Positions 52,500 to 64,000 of a DNA stretch of 64,000 nucleotides are shown here, piece after piece. The number at the start of each line of letters is the position of its first letter. Position 1 is the first letter of the stretch. The position numbers and the translations under genes are program-made. The notes below the pieces were generated by a model that saw only the letters and a program-made list of their open reading frames with translations, did not search any database and had not been told where the DNA came from. The DNA is from Octopus vulgaris (Eukaryota). The stretch is from assembly GCA_951406725.2 (NCBI GenBank), contig OX597814.1, forward strand, positions 64,046,001-64,110,000. The letters are read 5' to 3'.

Positions 52500-53870
52500 T
52501 GTCTGTCTATCTATATCGGTAGAGGAAATGAGATTTACTTGTATAGATTCAGCTTGGTTTACCGCATCGAATGAAATCGGTAATCAAATTAGCAGTTCAG
52601 AGAGAAAAACATGCAATTTCTAACCATATCATCTTCTTTCCTCAGTAAAGCTACAAACGCACATTTACTTAAAACACGCGATCTTTCTTTTATTATACAT
52701 CTTTGTTTCCCTTCATACTGTGTGGTGTTTCAATTAATTAATTCCGTTGCCAACGTGTGCAACGTTGTGCCAATTAGGGCAGACCAGTTTAGCTCCATCT
52801 GAGCTTTTGCATATATAAATATAAATACTCTAAAATACTATTACGAAGTAGGAGCACTAAGTATGTTTGAACTGATAATAACATCGCATCAAAAAATACT
52901 ATCCTCACTGTGGCCAGGAAAACTAGTAATCTATTACTATCAGAATCTCGGGTAAGGAGTGACACTCATGCGATTTCGTGGTGTAGTGTCTAGATCTTGT
53001 TTGTACATACTCTTTTACCGTACACTTCCTCTCTAAAACTTCTAAGAACGTCTATTGATTGCATGACTTTGTAGAACATATTCAGGATAAACAGTGCCCT
53101 TTCCGGTCAAAACAAAAGGATTGATATCACCTACAGTTTCGACGAGTGATATATTTTTTATGATACAACCAACAATGACGACTTTTTTCTTTCGACAGCT
53201 TAGCAGCAATTTCCTGATTTTTCACTTATTATGGCACACTCTATGACTTTTTGTCTGCATTCAAGCAGTCAAACAGCTTCTGAGAAATTGTGACTCGGTT
53301 CCCAATATGTTCGCCCAGGCACTGGCGGCGCGCATTTTAAGGCAATACAATGTATCATTTTTTCTTTTAAAGACATGATGTAAACTTTTATAGATTCTTA
53401 CTTGTTTGAAAACTTCAGCATTGTAAGCTAACAATTTTCATGGATTAAAACAAGAACTTTTGTCATGAGGTCGTCGTTTTTTGAAATGGAAGAGCGTTTA
53501 GATTTTGGCTTGTCTTTAGTGGATGTTGTTTCCAATTTGAAATGCTGATGTCACTCTGCTTTGAATATTAGAGCTTCGGAATCAGGAGATTATATTTCTT
53601 CTTTTTATTTTAAAATAATAATGAAGCTACTTTAAAACTGAAACAATAATGTGGAATCATATTCCATTGCTTAGTAAATGTATTTCTATATGAATTGTAT
53701 GACAAAAACACGATTATCTTATTAGAGCTACACCAGATTTCAAGCAATACTACTTATGTATATTCAATAAAGAAAACATTCTTTCACAATGGATAAGTGT
53801 TTTTGATTTTCTAAGAAATTACTCTGTACTTTTATAATTTATTTCGGTTTCCATTATTATTATATTTTAG

Positions 53871-54061
53871 TTATCAACTAAACTACGCTCTAAATGAAGT
53901 AGTTTGTGCAGATGGTCACTGGCAGCGCTCCGAAGAGATTAGCTGTCTCCCTGTCGACTGCAGACTACCATCCATGGTGCATACAACATTTTCTTGTCCG
54001 TATGGTACGTCGTACAAGAAACACTGTACATTTACTTGCAATCCTCCGGCCCAACTTAAAG
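53871..54061 (+). CDS. PAPPA: Pappalysin-like exon (CCP/sushi 1-2)
   Basis: tttag|...|gtatgt. GYQLNYALNEVVCADGHWQRSEEISCLPVDCRLPSMVHTTFSCPYGTSYKKHCTFTCNPPAQLKG, like CEPVDC...FSCPEGTTFGSQCSFQCRHPAQLKG. Phase 2 to 1. The next exon was not found in the window. Confidence 0.95.
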
Positions 54062-54425
54062 GTATGTTACTTTCAAAATGAACCATTTTTAAAAACGAAA
54101 ATCACTATCAGTTATCTTAATTTCATCCATATACACGAAACTTTATTGGGAAAAAATATGGTATATATCAATATTTTATCAAATATAGGATATTGACAGA
54201 AGTCAGCTCTTTGATTTTTTTCAGTGTCCTTTATCGTGTAGAACTGGTATTCATTGTGAAGAAGCGGTTACCCAAGCTTACGTAGATACGAATAAGTGAT
54301 AAAGATCATATTTGTAGTGAGCGCAGCACATAATTGATTGACTTAACGTGGAAAAGATAACATTTGTCTCATTTTTGCTTAGAGTGAAAAAGGAAACACG
54401 CACACGAGCGCGATAGTGTGTGCGC

Positions 54426-54495
<70 letters not shown>

Positions 54496-55227
54496 GTGTG
54501 TGTGTGTGTGTAGTTTCACCTGACGAGTTATTAAGCCAATTTAGTTGAATAAGCTGTCGTGTGTAACTTAAAGTCCGTGTAAAAAAAAGAGTTTTATTAT
54601 AAATGTATATTTTTGTATGCGTTTGACCGTACCATGTCTGTGTTTACCAGTGAAACTTTGTGTTTTGTCACTTTGATACAAAGCTTGCATCAGTGATTCG
54701 ATAATCAGTGATCTTTAAATAGATATCGATAAGATACATACCAGACGGAAAAATTCCTGGTTTCTTTGAAGATGAAAATCCTTACATGGCCGCAGTCTAG
54801 TCGCTGAAAGTAGTAAAGCAACGCAAGAATGTCTCGTCTTTCTTTATCTAATTATTTTTTCTTTCCACATATGTCAGGTCATTTCCTCTAACAATCAATA
54901 TTAAATGGCTTTTAGACCACAATAATTTCACTTATTTATTTTATAGCGCCATCAGTACATTGAAGCTGAATAATTGACATCAGCTATTTATGTTCTTTCT
55001 TTGAGAATCCCAGTCTTTGGAAGATCATTGTGTAAATATTTGTTAACAACAATCAAGGCTGCCAATAACTATAACACGATCGAAGTCTTGAATCAGTTGA
55101 TCATATATATATGTATGTGTGTGTGCGAGTGTGTGTATATATGTATATTTGTATGCGTATGTTTGTGTGTATCTTTGTGTGTGTATATATATACATATAT
55201 GTATTATATATTTCATATATACATATA

Positions 55228-55361
<134 letters not shown>

Positions 55362-56229
55362 TCTACATTAACTTTTGATGTGTCATTCCCATTAGTTACG
55401 AAATAGATGTCTCCAAAACGGCATCTTGCCTGAAACAGTTGATTCAATGACCAGCTTCAATGAAATTTTTCCACTGTACTGCTTACAATTATTTAGAAAC
55501 ATATTCTGGTGTTTCTTCAATCTCCTACTGGTTTCAGTCTTTGGACTACGGTCACGCTGGAGCCTCAACTTCAAAGGAATTTTTTCCGATCATATCGGCT
55601 GCAGTAATGATTTCAGTCTTGCGGTTATTTTATTGACAGCTTTTATTTGGTAAAATGAGTAAATCTATTTGATATACCATACTTTTCTTTTTAGTGGCTA
55701 GCTTAAGTACGCACATGTTCAAAACCACATATCTATACACACACTCGTACGCACGCACGCACACACACATGCATGTATGTATGTATGTATGTATGTATGT
55801 ATGTATGCATAGTTAAATCGAATACTCAGTGTGTGTGTGTTACTCAGTGTGTGTGTTCGACGGTTCCCTGCGATAACGCGCTTTGGGGATGATTCCCTCA
55901 TAGCGCTGAGCTTTAAACCACCTGAAAGTCATAGACAGGCAAGACAACTTGCCTCCAATCCCACTCAGGAGTTATGGATATCGATATTTCGCCACATGGT
56001 ATTGATAAGTCACTAAAATGGCTTTCAGGTAATATTTACGACACTAACGGTGCTTTGAACTTGTAATTGAAGATACATACACACACACATACATATATAC
56101 ATACATACATACATACATACATACATACATACATACATACATACATACATACATACATACATACATACATGCATACATACATACATACATACATACATAC
56201 ATACATACATACATACATACATACATACA

Positions 56230-56261
<32 letters not shown>

Positions 56262-56270
56262 CATATATAT

Positions 56271-58643
56271 CAGTGGCAACTCCGGCACTCGGGCTATTCG
56301 AGCTTAGCCCAAGTATAAATTTAGCTAAAGTGAACGTGTATTTGCAAGCTGATATAATTTCTGCCAACACTGACTTCAAGCATGAAATTACAACCAATAA
56401 CTCGGGCTCCTTTTATTGAGCCTGGTTGCTAAAACGAACGAGCCTGGTAGGTGTAAAGGACTAACTGACATCTCTTGTGAAGGGTACAGCTGACAGATCG
56501 GTGATGTTTGTTGTGCACTCCGCTCTCATTGTTTGATTGCTGTTATCCACCAACTCGGGCTAATACGAAAGAGCCTGGTAAGTGTAAAGGACCAACTCAC
56601 ATCTCTTGCAAAAAGTATAGGCGGCAATCAGATCGCTGATATTTATTGTGCACTCCGCTTTCATTATTTGGTTGCAGTTATTCTGTGAATGTGTGTATAA
56701 AGATCAGTTGTGTTTTGCATGGTTGCCTTATTTTTACTCCCGACTTAGAAATGGGGAAAGACAGAGTGCTAGATATAAAAAACAAGCCATTTGGGGCTAG
56801 AAATATTGCGGGTAAACGTGAAATTCTTCGAGAAGCTAGGCCGACTCCATCATTGAAAACTAAAGTTGGAACTTGCACATTCCAAATAAAATGGTATGAA
56901 CAGATTAATTGGCTTTGTGCAAGTAGCGTCACAGAGAAACTCTACTGGCGGCCATGCTTGTTGTTTCAACTAAGAGCTAATCAATCGTGGACAAATGGAG
57001 GCTATAATAATTCTAAAAACATCCCAAGTGACTGTAAGCACCACAGTAAATCAGCGAGTAATTGAAGTAGTTATAAAAGCTTGAAAACTTTCGGACAGAA
57101 CGATATAGTAACAGCTACTAGTGAATCTGCTAAACTGGCAAAAGAACGACATAACAAAGCAGCTGAAGAAAATAGACAATATTTAAAGCACTTAACAAAT
57201 GCATAAACAAGAGTTGCCTTTACATAGACATGATGAAGGGAGTCACAACCTTAAAAGAGGAAATTGCCGTGAACTATTGCAGTACTTTGAAATCGACAGC
57301 TTATTTGCTTCTAGACTTTCTACTAGAGAGGGACCGAAACGATTTTCAGGAGTCTCAAGTACAATACAAAATGACGTAATACAAGCGATTGGAAATATCA
57401 TCTCTGATGAAATTAGAAGCGAAATTGATAAAGCTCCGTTTATGTCGGTATAAGCCGACGAAACTACAGACTGTACAATGCATGCCCAACTGTCAATCAG
57501 AATAAGATATGTATATGAAGACAAAACATGTGAACAATTTCATGGATTCTATGAAGTCAGTGATGATAAAAGTGCTACGAGACTGACTGATGTGATCACA
57601 ACTGCGTTTAACTCCTTCAGTGACGCTACAGATAAATTAGTGAGCCAGATTTACTACAGAGCAACTGTAATGGCAGGAACGCTAAACAGAGTACAAAGCT
57701 AGGTGAGTGGAGTAATATTTTTTCTCACATTTACGCGCATTTAGTAAATTTACTTTATCCAGTACCAAGCAGAAAAACGTTTCCAGACAATATTCAGCAC
57801 CGTGCGAAACAAGATGGTGTTACAGATAAAGAACTGTGTCATCCATAAAGCTATTGCATGAAAACTTGAAAAATGCCTTTACATCTATTCTAGGGATGAA
57901 GATGCACTTTGTCAAACAAACAATCTATTGGCAAAGTTGAATGATTTCACGTTTATGTTTTTCATCAATAGCTTTCATAATATACTTCCTCAGCCTGGAA
58001 AAGTCTTTGACATCCTACAGTGTAAGCTACTCGACATAAAGCATGGTCAGAGTATCGAAAGGACGAACATTATAAAAAACATTCTGCACGATACAGCTGC
58101 TGTCATTGAATAAGCAGATGAGTTCGATTCTTCTCCTGGAAAAAGAGTAAGAGGTATACAAATTAATTACAAAACTACCAATTTTGAAATAATCGATAAC
58201 ATTCTAATGTCCTTACGAGAGAGATTTTCTGGCGTTCAGGAGTATGCATTTTTTGAATTTCTTGACATTAGTAAGTTTGAAGAGTTTGCTAACTAGTTTC
58301 CCATGTGGGCTCTCTAGAAAACAAGTATCCCTGTATTTTTGACTCTAAAAGCTTAGTGAACGAGCTGAAATATTTGTATATTGACAGTGATTTCAAAAAG
58401 TGCAAGGCAATCAACTTCATTTTAGAATTACTGTATGAATTGGAGTTAACTTCTGCTATGCCGGAATCCATTAAACTAAATAAGTTAGTGCTGACCATCC
58501 CCTTAACATCAGTTGCTAATGAGAGAAGTTTCTCTCTACGTTAGATACAATTCATTCATATCTGAGAAGCACTCTCTTATACATGTGTCTTACGCGAAAT
58601 TTGTGAGAGCCCGAGTGAAGCTGATGACCTGTAGTCGCCTCTG
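56271..58643 (+). mobile_element. Inactive hAT transposon (ZMYM1/DUF4371-type transposase)
   Basis: TIRs cagtggcaact / agtcgcctctg. Fragments QELPLHRHDE..RGNCRELL, SSTIQNDVI..FMSV*ADETTD and LVLTIPLTSVANERSFS (hAT dimerisation). Stops and frameshifts. Subterminal ~155-bp duplication at 56394-56680. Confidence 0.92.
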
Positions 58644-58872
58644 ATGTGTATATATATACACACACACACACATAGGCGCGCGCACACGCACACACACACA
58701 CACACACATATAAATTACAAAAATGGCACAAGAACACAAAACATCCAGACAGACGATACAAAGAAAACAAGGACGAATCATTCGGAGTTTTCTATCCTCA
58801 GTCGAGTTCCAGATTATCTTTGCAATTGCGGCTGGTTATATATATATATGTATGTATCTATGTAAATATACG

Positions 58873-58937
<65 letters not shown>

Positions 58938-58964
58938 AATCATATATATATATATATATATTAT

Positions 58965-59790
58965 TTTATGTAGAAAAATACAAACTGGGACAAGAACGTA
59001 AAACATTTAGAAGACGATACAAAAAACACGGACGGGACATTCGAAGCCTTCAATCTTCAGTCAAGAACCGGATCATCGTAGCAATTTCGGCTGATTAAAC
59101 TTGAGATCGCTCCGATCCGGCCAGTCCCAAGGAAAAACTAATCTACGAGCATTAGATTTCTTGGAAGAAGGATCGAATGTATACGAAACAGGGACAGAAA
59201 AACGGACGATGCCACACGAATATAAAATACAAAAAACAATAATGGTAAAAACAGGACAAAAAGAACGGGTGTCTTACGACAAATAAACAGTACAAGTTTA
59301 GCTGGTGTATTTTGAAAAAATGCCTTTATCGGCAGACGAATACAACAGATGTTTTCACAGCAGTGGTCGAAGGCCAAAAGGCTGAATTTGACCAGCGGTC
59401 ACGTGACAAAAGAAAGAGAAAAGAAAGGGGGCAAAGGAAACAAAGACAGAGAGAGAAAGAGGGACGAAGGCAACAAAGGGGGGAGAAGAGAGAGAAAGAA
59501 GGAATTAAAGAGGGGAGAAGAAAGAGTGCGTGCCAAGGAGGGCTAGTGAGTGCAAGGTGAGGAAGACAGAGAATTGTGAGAGAGTGGGGGGAAGAGTAGA
59601 CCAAAGAATCAGAGGCAAGAAAAGAGAAAAGGAGGAGAAGTAGAGAGAGAAGGGGACAGATCAAAGTAGAGTGCAAAGTGTGAAAGGCAGAGAAATGTAG
59701 GAGAGAGAGACAGTGTGTAGAGTCGTACCAAATTTTTATAGGAATATGTACTTACATACAAAGCCAAAGAGGGTACGGACGTCGCTATAT
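58965..59790 (-). mobile_element. Non-coding PLE-derivative-like element between (TA)n tracts
   Basis: Same layout as 27935-28670: hairpin-rich segment with CTGAAGA on the minus strand, ggtcacgtg motif, long purine tract, agagtcg..aaatt end. Confidence 0.55.
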
Positions 59791-59794
59791 ATAT

Positions 59795-59912
<118 letters not shown>

Positions 59913-59994
59913 GTAAATATATGTATGTATATATAATATATATATATAATATAATGTGTGTGTGTGAGTGCATATATATATATATATATATATG

Positions 59995-60128
59995 TGTGTC
60001 TGTGACTGCGTGTGTATCGTTGGTGATTTTCTTTCTCCGTCTTCCCTTCTTTTGACTTTTTCTCCGCTCGAAACGTGAAATCCTCTTTCTTTTCTTTCCT
60101 TTCCTGGGCGTCCAATAACACTGTACTT
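59995..60128 (+). mobile_element. Solo pLTR-like element, same family as 17669-17870, with the HHR 5' core deleted
   Basis: ccgtcttccctt...ctccgctcgaaacgtgaaatcctc...ttcctttcctgggcgtccaataacact. The CTGACGAAGAG segment is missing. Confidence 0.8.
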
Positions 60129-60647
60129 AAGCGGGAATGCTTTCTAGAAAGCACTAACGTACGGTTCCCAATACAAAAGAAAATCTACATATTCTGCAAG
60201 GGTATAGTTTAATATCGTCTTGGAAACACGTTGCTAATTTCTTGTTTCAATATAAAAACTAGACAGAAACCCTTGCTAAAATTCAACTTATTTAAACCTG
60301 CAGTCAAATTCATCTTTTCCATTTAAAATAAAAGAGGTTATTCATTCAACAAGCTACCCCAGCGCTTATTTCACTGAACGGTTCTCTAAAATCGCCGAAA
60401 TAAAAGACAAGTATTTACAAAACAAATAAATAAATAAATAATGGTTCAAACTATAAATAATTCTCACGAAATATATTCCTCGCTATTTGATAGTTTTACA
60501 AGCCAACAATGAAGCAAAAATATTTTTTTAAATGCTATGCAAAATTTCCGGCTTTTTCTTGAGTTTTCGTTTGTGGTGTTTCTCTCACACGCAAAATTTC
60601 AAATATTTAGAGGCTTTTCGAATTTCGAAGTATTACTCATAAATAAA

Positions 60648-60712
<65 letters not shown>

Positions 60713-61937
60713 CATGCATACATGCGTGTAACTATTAATGTTCATATAAAGATGTATATGAAATCAATTGCAGCCGAGCTTATTCTCTAATGTTTCGCTT
60801 TAAATGACATATGTCAATCAACATAAAAGAATTATTTTCAAATTAAAACATGACCTGATGTACGATATACAACTCTGGTGATACTTACAAGTAAGAGCAG
60901 CTGCTGTCTATATAGCAGACTGTTTGACATGTATGGGTTCGTTTATGTTAGATTTTTTCTTTGTTATATTTTTTGATTTACTTTAGTTTGTAGCTGATGT
61001 CTCTCAACATCACCCTACTTTCAGTGTCTGGCCTTTGTTTGTGTTAAATATAATGGGCATTAAACTCACTTGATGAGAATCATTGAACCTGTTCCAGTGT
61101 ACACGCTTGCACATGAGTGAGTATGTGTGTGGTGTGTGCGTGTGCGAGCGCATGTGTGTGTGTGCGTATGTTTGTATATGTATATATATATATATATAAT
61201 ATATACACATATACAAACATACATATATATATATGTGTGTGTGTGTGAAATAAGGAAAGCTTTTTACAGCGCAGAGGTGAAAGAAGTGTACAGTCAATGA
61301 AATGTGTGTCTACGTAGATCCTACCATTTGTATACACATATGAGCAGTGAAATTGTTTTAGTCCGGTTATTGTGCTAGCAGCAGCAGCTCTCCAAATCTT
61401 GGCGACTGAATCCAGATTTAAGTGGTTGGGAAACAAACTTTTTATTCACCCGCGGCTGCGCCGATGTTTATTATACTTATTTATCTGGACTGTGTTGGAG
61501 TGATACTGTGTTTAAGATGGTAATATAGTAGTATTCTAAAATGTAAATTAATTGGAGTTAATTGTAGATGATGTAACAGGGTCTGTGAGGACTGGAGTCT
61601 GTGCTGCAATAAACAGTGCTGTTGCTTGTACACCTTTTACTATTCTATGTTTCGTTACAGAAATAGTATCTCAATGTGCTGCCTGCGATGAAGCAAAATA
61701 TTTTCTATTGCGCTCTTTGTATTTTATGATTTGTTATTGGTATATTAGTCGGGAACTAGGTAAGACAGTGTGTGTGCGTATGTATGTATTTCAATGATAA
61801 AACAATTATACAATGTTAGGTATTTACATATGCAAAATTTTCTCTTCTTAACCTCATTTACACTAAAACGGATTCATTTACACAAACAGATTCTTAAAGA
61901 ATATTACAAATGAAATACAGTATTTTATCATTTAGAG

Positions 61938-62343
61938 CAGGGGTGGGGAAAACCCCTCCCGCGGGCACAATTTCGCCCGTGAGCCCTGCGACATAACTCG
62001 CGTTTCCACTACGACTTGAAAGAGTCAGACTCGAATAGAAATCGTCCGGTAATTACCATTTGAATGGAAATTTTGTTATCACTATAAAACATATATTACT
62101 ATGTTAGTACCACTCCCTTGAGACCCGTGAAAGATATAGGATACCTCATAAGGTATTCAGTGGTGGCGTTAATGAATATGTTACGCGTTAATATAATGTG
62201 GTATCTTTATTAATTTATATTGAATTATACATAGATATATATAGAAACAAGATTTACACAGATATAAGAGTTAGAACTTGCGACCTGCCTGTCTTGTTCC
62301 TTGGAAATTTTTGCCCGCCGTATTAAAAAGTTTCCCACCCCTG
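61938..62343. mobile_element. hAT (Charlie-like) MITE
   Basis: TIR caggggtggg.aa / ttcccacccctg. 8-bp TSD atttagag / ctttagag. Confidence 0.88.
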
Positions 62344-64000
62344 CTTTAGAGGAAGACAATCTGAAAAACCACTTAATAAATTCCAGGTAACTCAGCATCC
62401 TATCCCTGAGTCTCTCCACTTATTCGCTATCTCTGTCTCTGTATCTGTCTGTCTATCTGCTCGTCTCTCTCTCTCTCTCTCCTTCTTTCCTCCCTTTTTT
62501 TGTGTGAATCTTCGAATAAGACAGTTGGAAAGCAAAGCGTTCGCGTTCAGGTTCAAGTTATTAGCCCATCATTCAAATTAACTCTTCATCTAGAGACATG
62601 GTGACTGATTCTCGTGGCTATTGAAGAGGTTGTTATTGAATTTGGACAATATATTCGCCTTTACAATTATTCAATGTCTAAGAATTTTATTTTCTAATAG
62701 AAATTAATGTTTATTCCCCTAAGTATATATACACGCATAATCGAGTATATATACTTAGTGATTTATTCGTATCTACTTCAACAAGTAAAAGGAAGTTTGT
62801 TTCGCTGATGAGTTCACAATAATACAAAATTATATCCTGAACAAGCTTACCAGAATTTGTTTCAAAGAAATTATCGGAATATCAGATTGAATTCTATTGA
62901 TATTTGTTAGTTTTAAGATACATTAACATACAAAACTTTCACAGCATATGTATACATAATAATCTAAAACATACATCTATACATACATACGTGCATAAAT
63001 ACATGCGTATAAAAATCAGAACATGCCTATATGTATCATTATTTGTGTTTCTTCTAATATCCAGGCACAAACACTACAATTCTATGCGAAGCGAACGGAC
63101 GTTGGTCAATGGTTGATGCTTATTGCTTAACCTTTTGCCTGTCTCCTCTCCCACGTCCTCATGCTCAGTTAATGACTCGCTCTTGCACTCATGGCATCCA
63201 ACAAGCTGGAACTAGATGCAGATTTCGCTGCAAGAAAGGGTTTCATACAGAAGGATTACATACAAAACGGTAGGTCATATAGTATTTATTTGTTTATTTA
63301 TTTATTCTGTGAAAGTATCTGGAATTTTTTAAAATTCTTATTTATTTACTTTTCTGAGTGAGACAGGTTATTCACATTAAATTTATGAACAAAGACTGTC
63401 AATATCCTCACTATCATCATGTCGCCTTAGTCATTCTCGCCCTTCTTCTCTCCCTCATTCTGACTGTCGTCGTCATCATCAATTTCATCATCAGATGATG
63501 ATTTTTGGAGCATATTACGACGGTCAGCCAGGTGTACAGTTTTGTTTTTAATATCACTACAATATCTATATGTAATCGATAGCAGCTACGCCAATGCTCA
63601 ATTTATTGACGATCTTCATGGTTGCCTGCTGAAAATCACAGTAACCTGAAGGCATTCCATTTCGTATAAGCTGAGGAATGGTAACACTGTCCGAGAAATA
63701 CCCAAACAAGCATATGATGGACGACTTCAGGCCATAACACTGATCTGTACTAATTTAAAGATTCGCCAAGAGGTTGATTCTTGCCAAGAAGTACAAATAT
63801 GTGCGATATCCAGAAGATATATCTCCGGTAGCCTCTACTTCATGTAATACATCGTATAACGTGTCGGCTTTTGATCTTATTTCGGTGAGACATTCATCAA
63901 TTTAGATCAGTATAAAACGTACGAGAAAATTGACCCTTTCAAAACATAACTGCTTTCGGTCCTGCCTCCAGGATCTAGCTCACAACAATGTACAGCGGCC

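Noticed and set aside
54530-54590. CTGACGA followed by a gtta/taac stem
   Set aside because: No GAAA or stem III, so it is compatible with chance.
56029-56065. Candidate next pappalysin exon after tttcag
   Set aside because: In-frame stop after 12 codons and no C..DG.WS sushi motif.
62805-62855. CTGATGA-gttca...tgaac HHR-like start
   Set aside because: Followed by AAGC instead of GAAA, with no stem III or stem I.

Overview
AT-rich, microsatellite-dense eukaryotic genomic DNA. Its SINE families and repeat texture resemble an octopus/coleoid cephalopod genome (inference). The whole window lies inside one plus-strand gene: 12 GT-AG exons (4624-54061, 1920 coding nt, all splice phases compatible) encode the middle of a pappalysin (PAPP-A family, M43B metzincin), from the end of the protease domain to CCP/sushi 2. 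The introns hold three 5'-truncated Neptune-type Penelope-like retroelements (RT + GIY-YIG), a dead mariner, a dead hAT, a hAT MITE, four tRNA-derived SINE families and a head-to-head pair of intron-containing tRNA-Lys(TTT)-like genes. The main unexplained signal is about a dozen hammerhead-ribozyme (HHR) motifs from several unrelated short non-coding elements, mostly sitting in (TA)n tracts. They include a retrozyme-like 483-nt tandem repeat, two fold-back palindromes each carrying an outward-facing HHR pair, HHRs with long stem II, a recurrent CUGU-core variant, and possible type II or permuted topologies. All folds were read by eye and none was computed.
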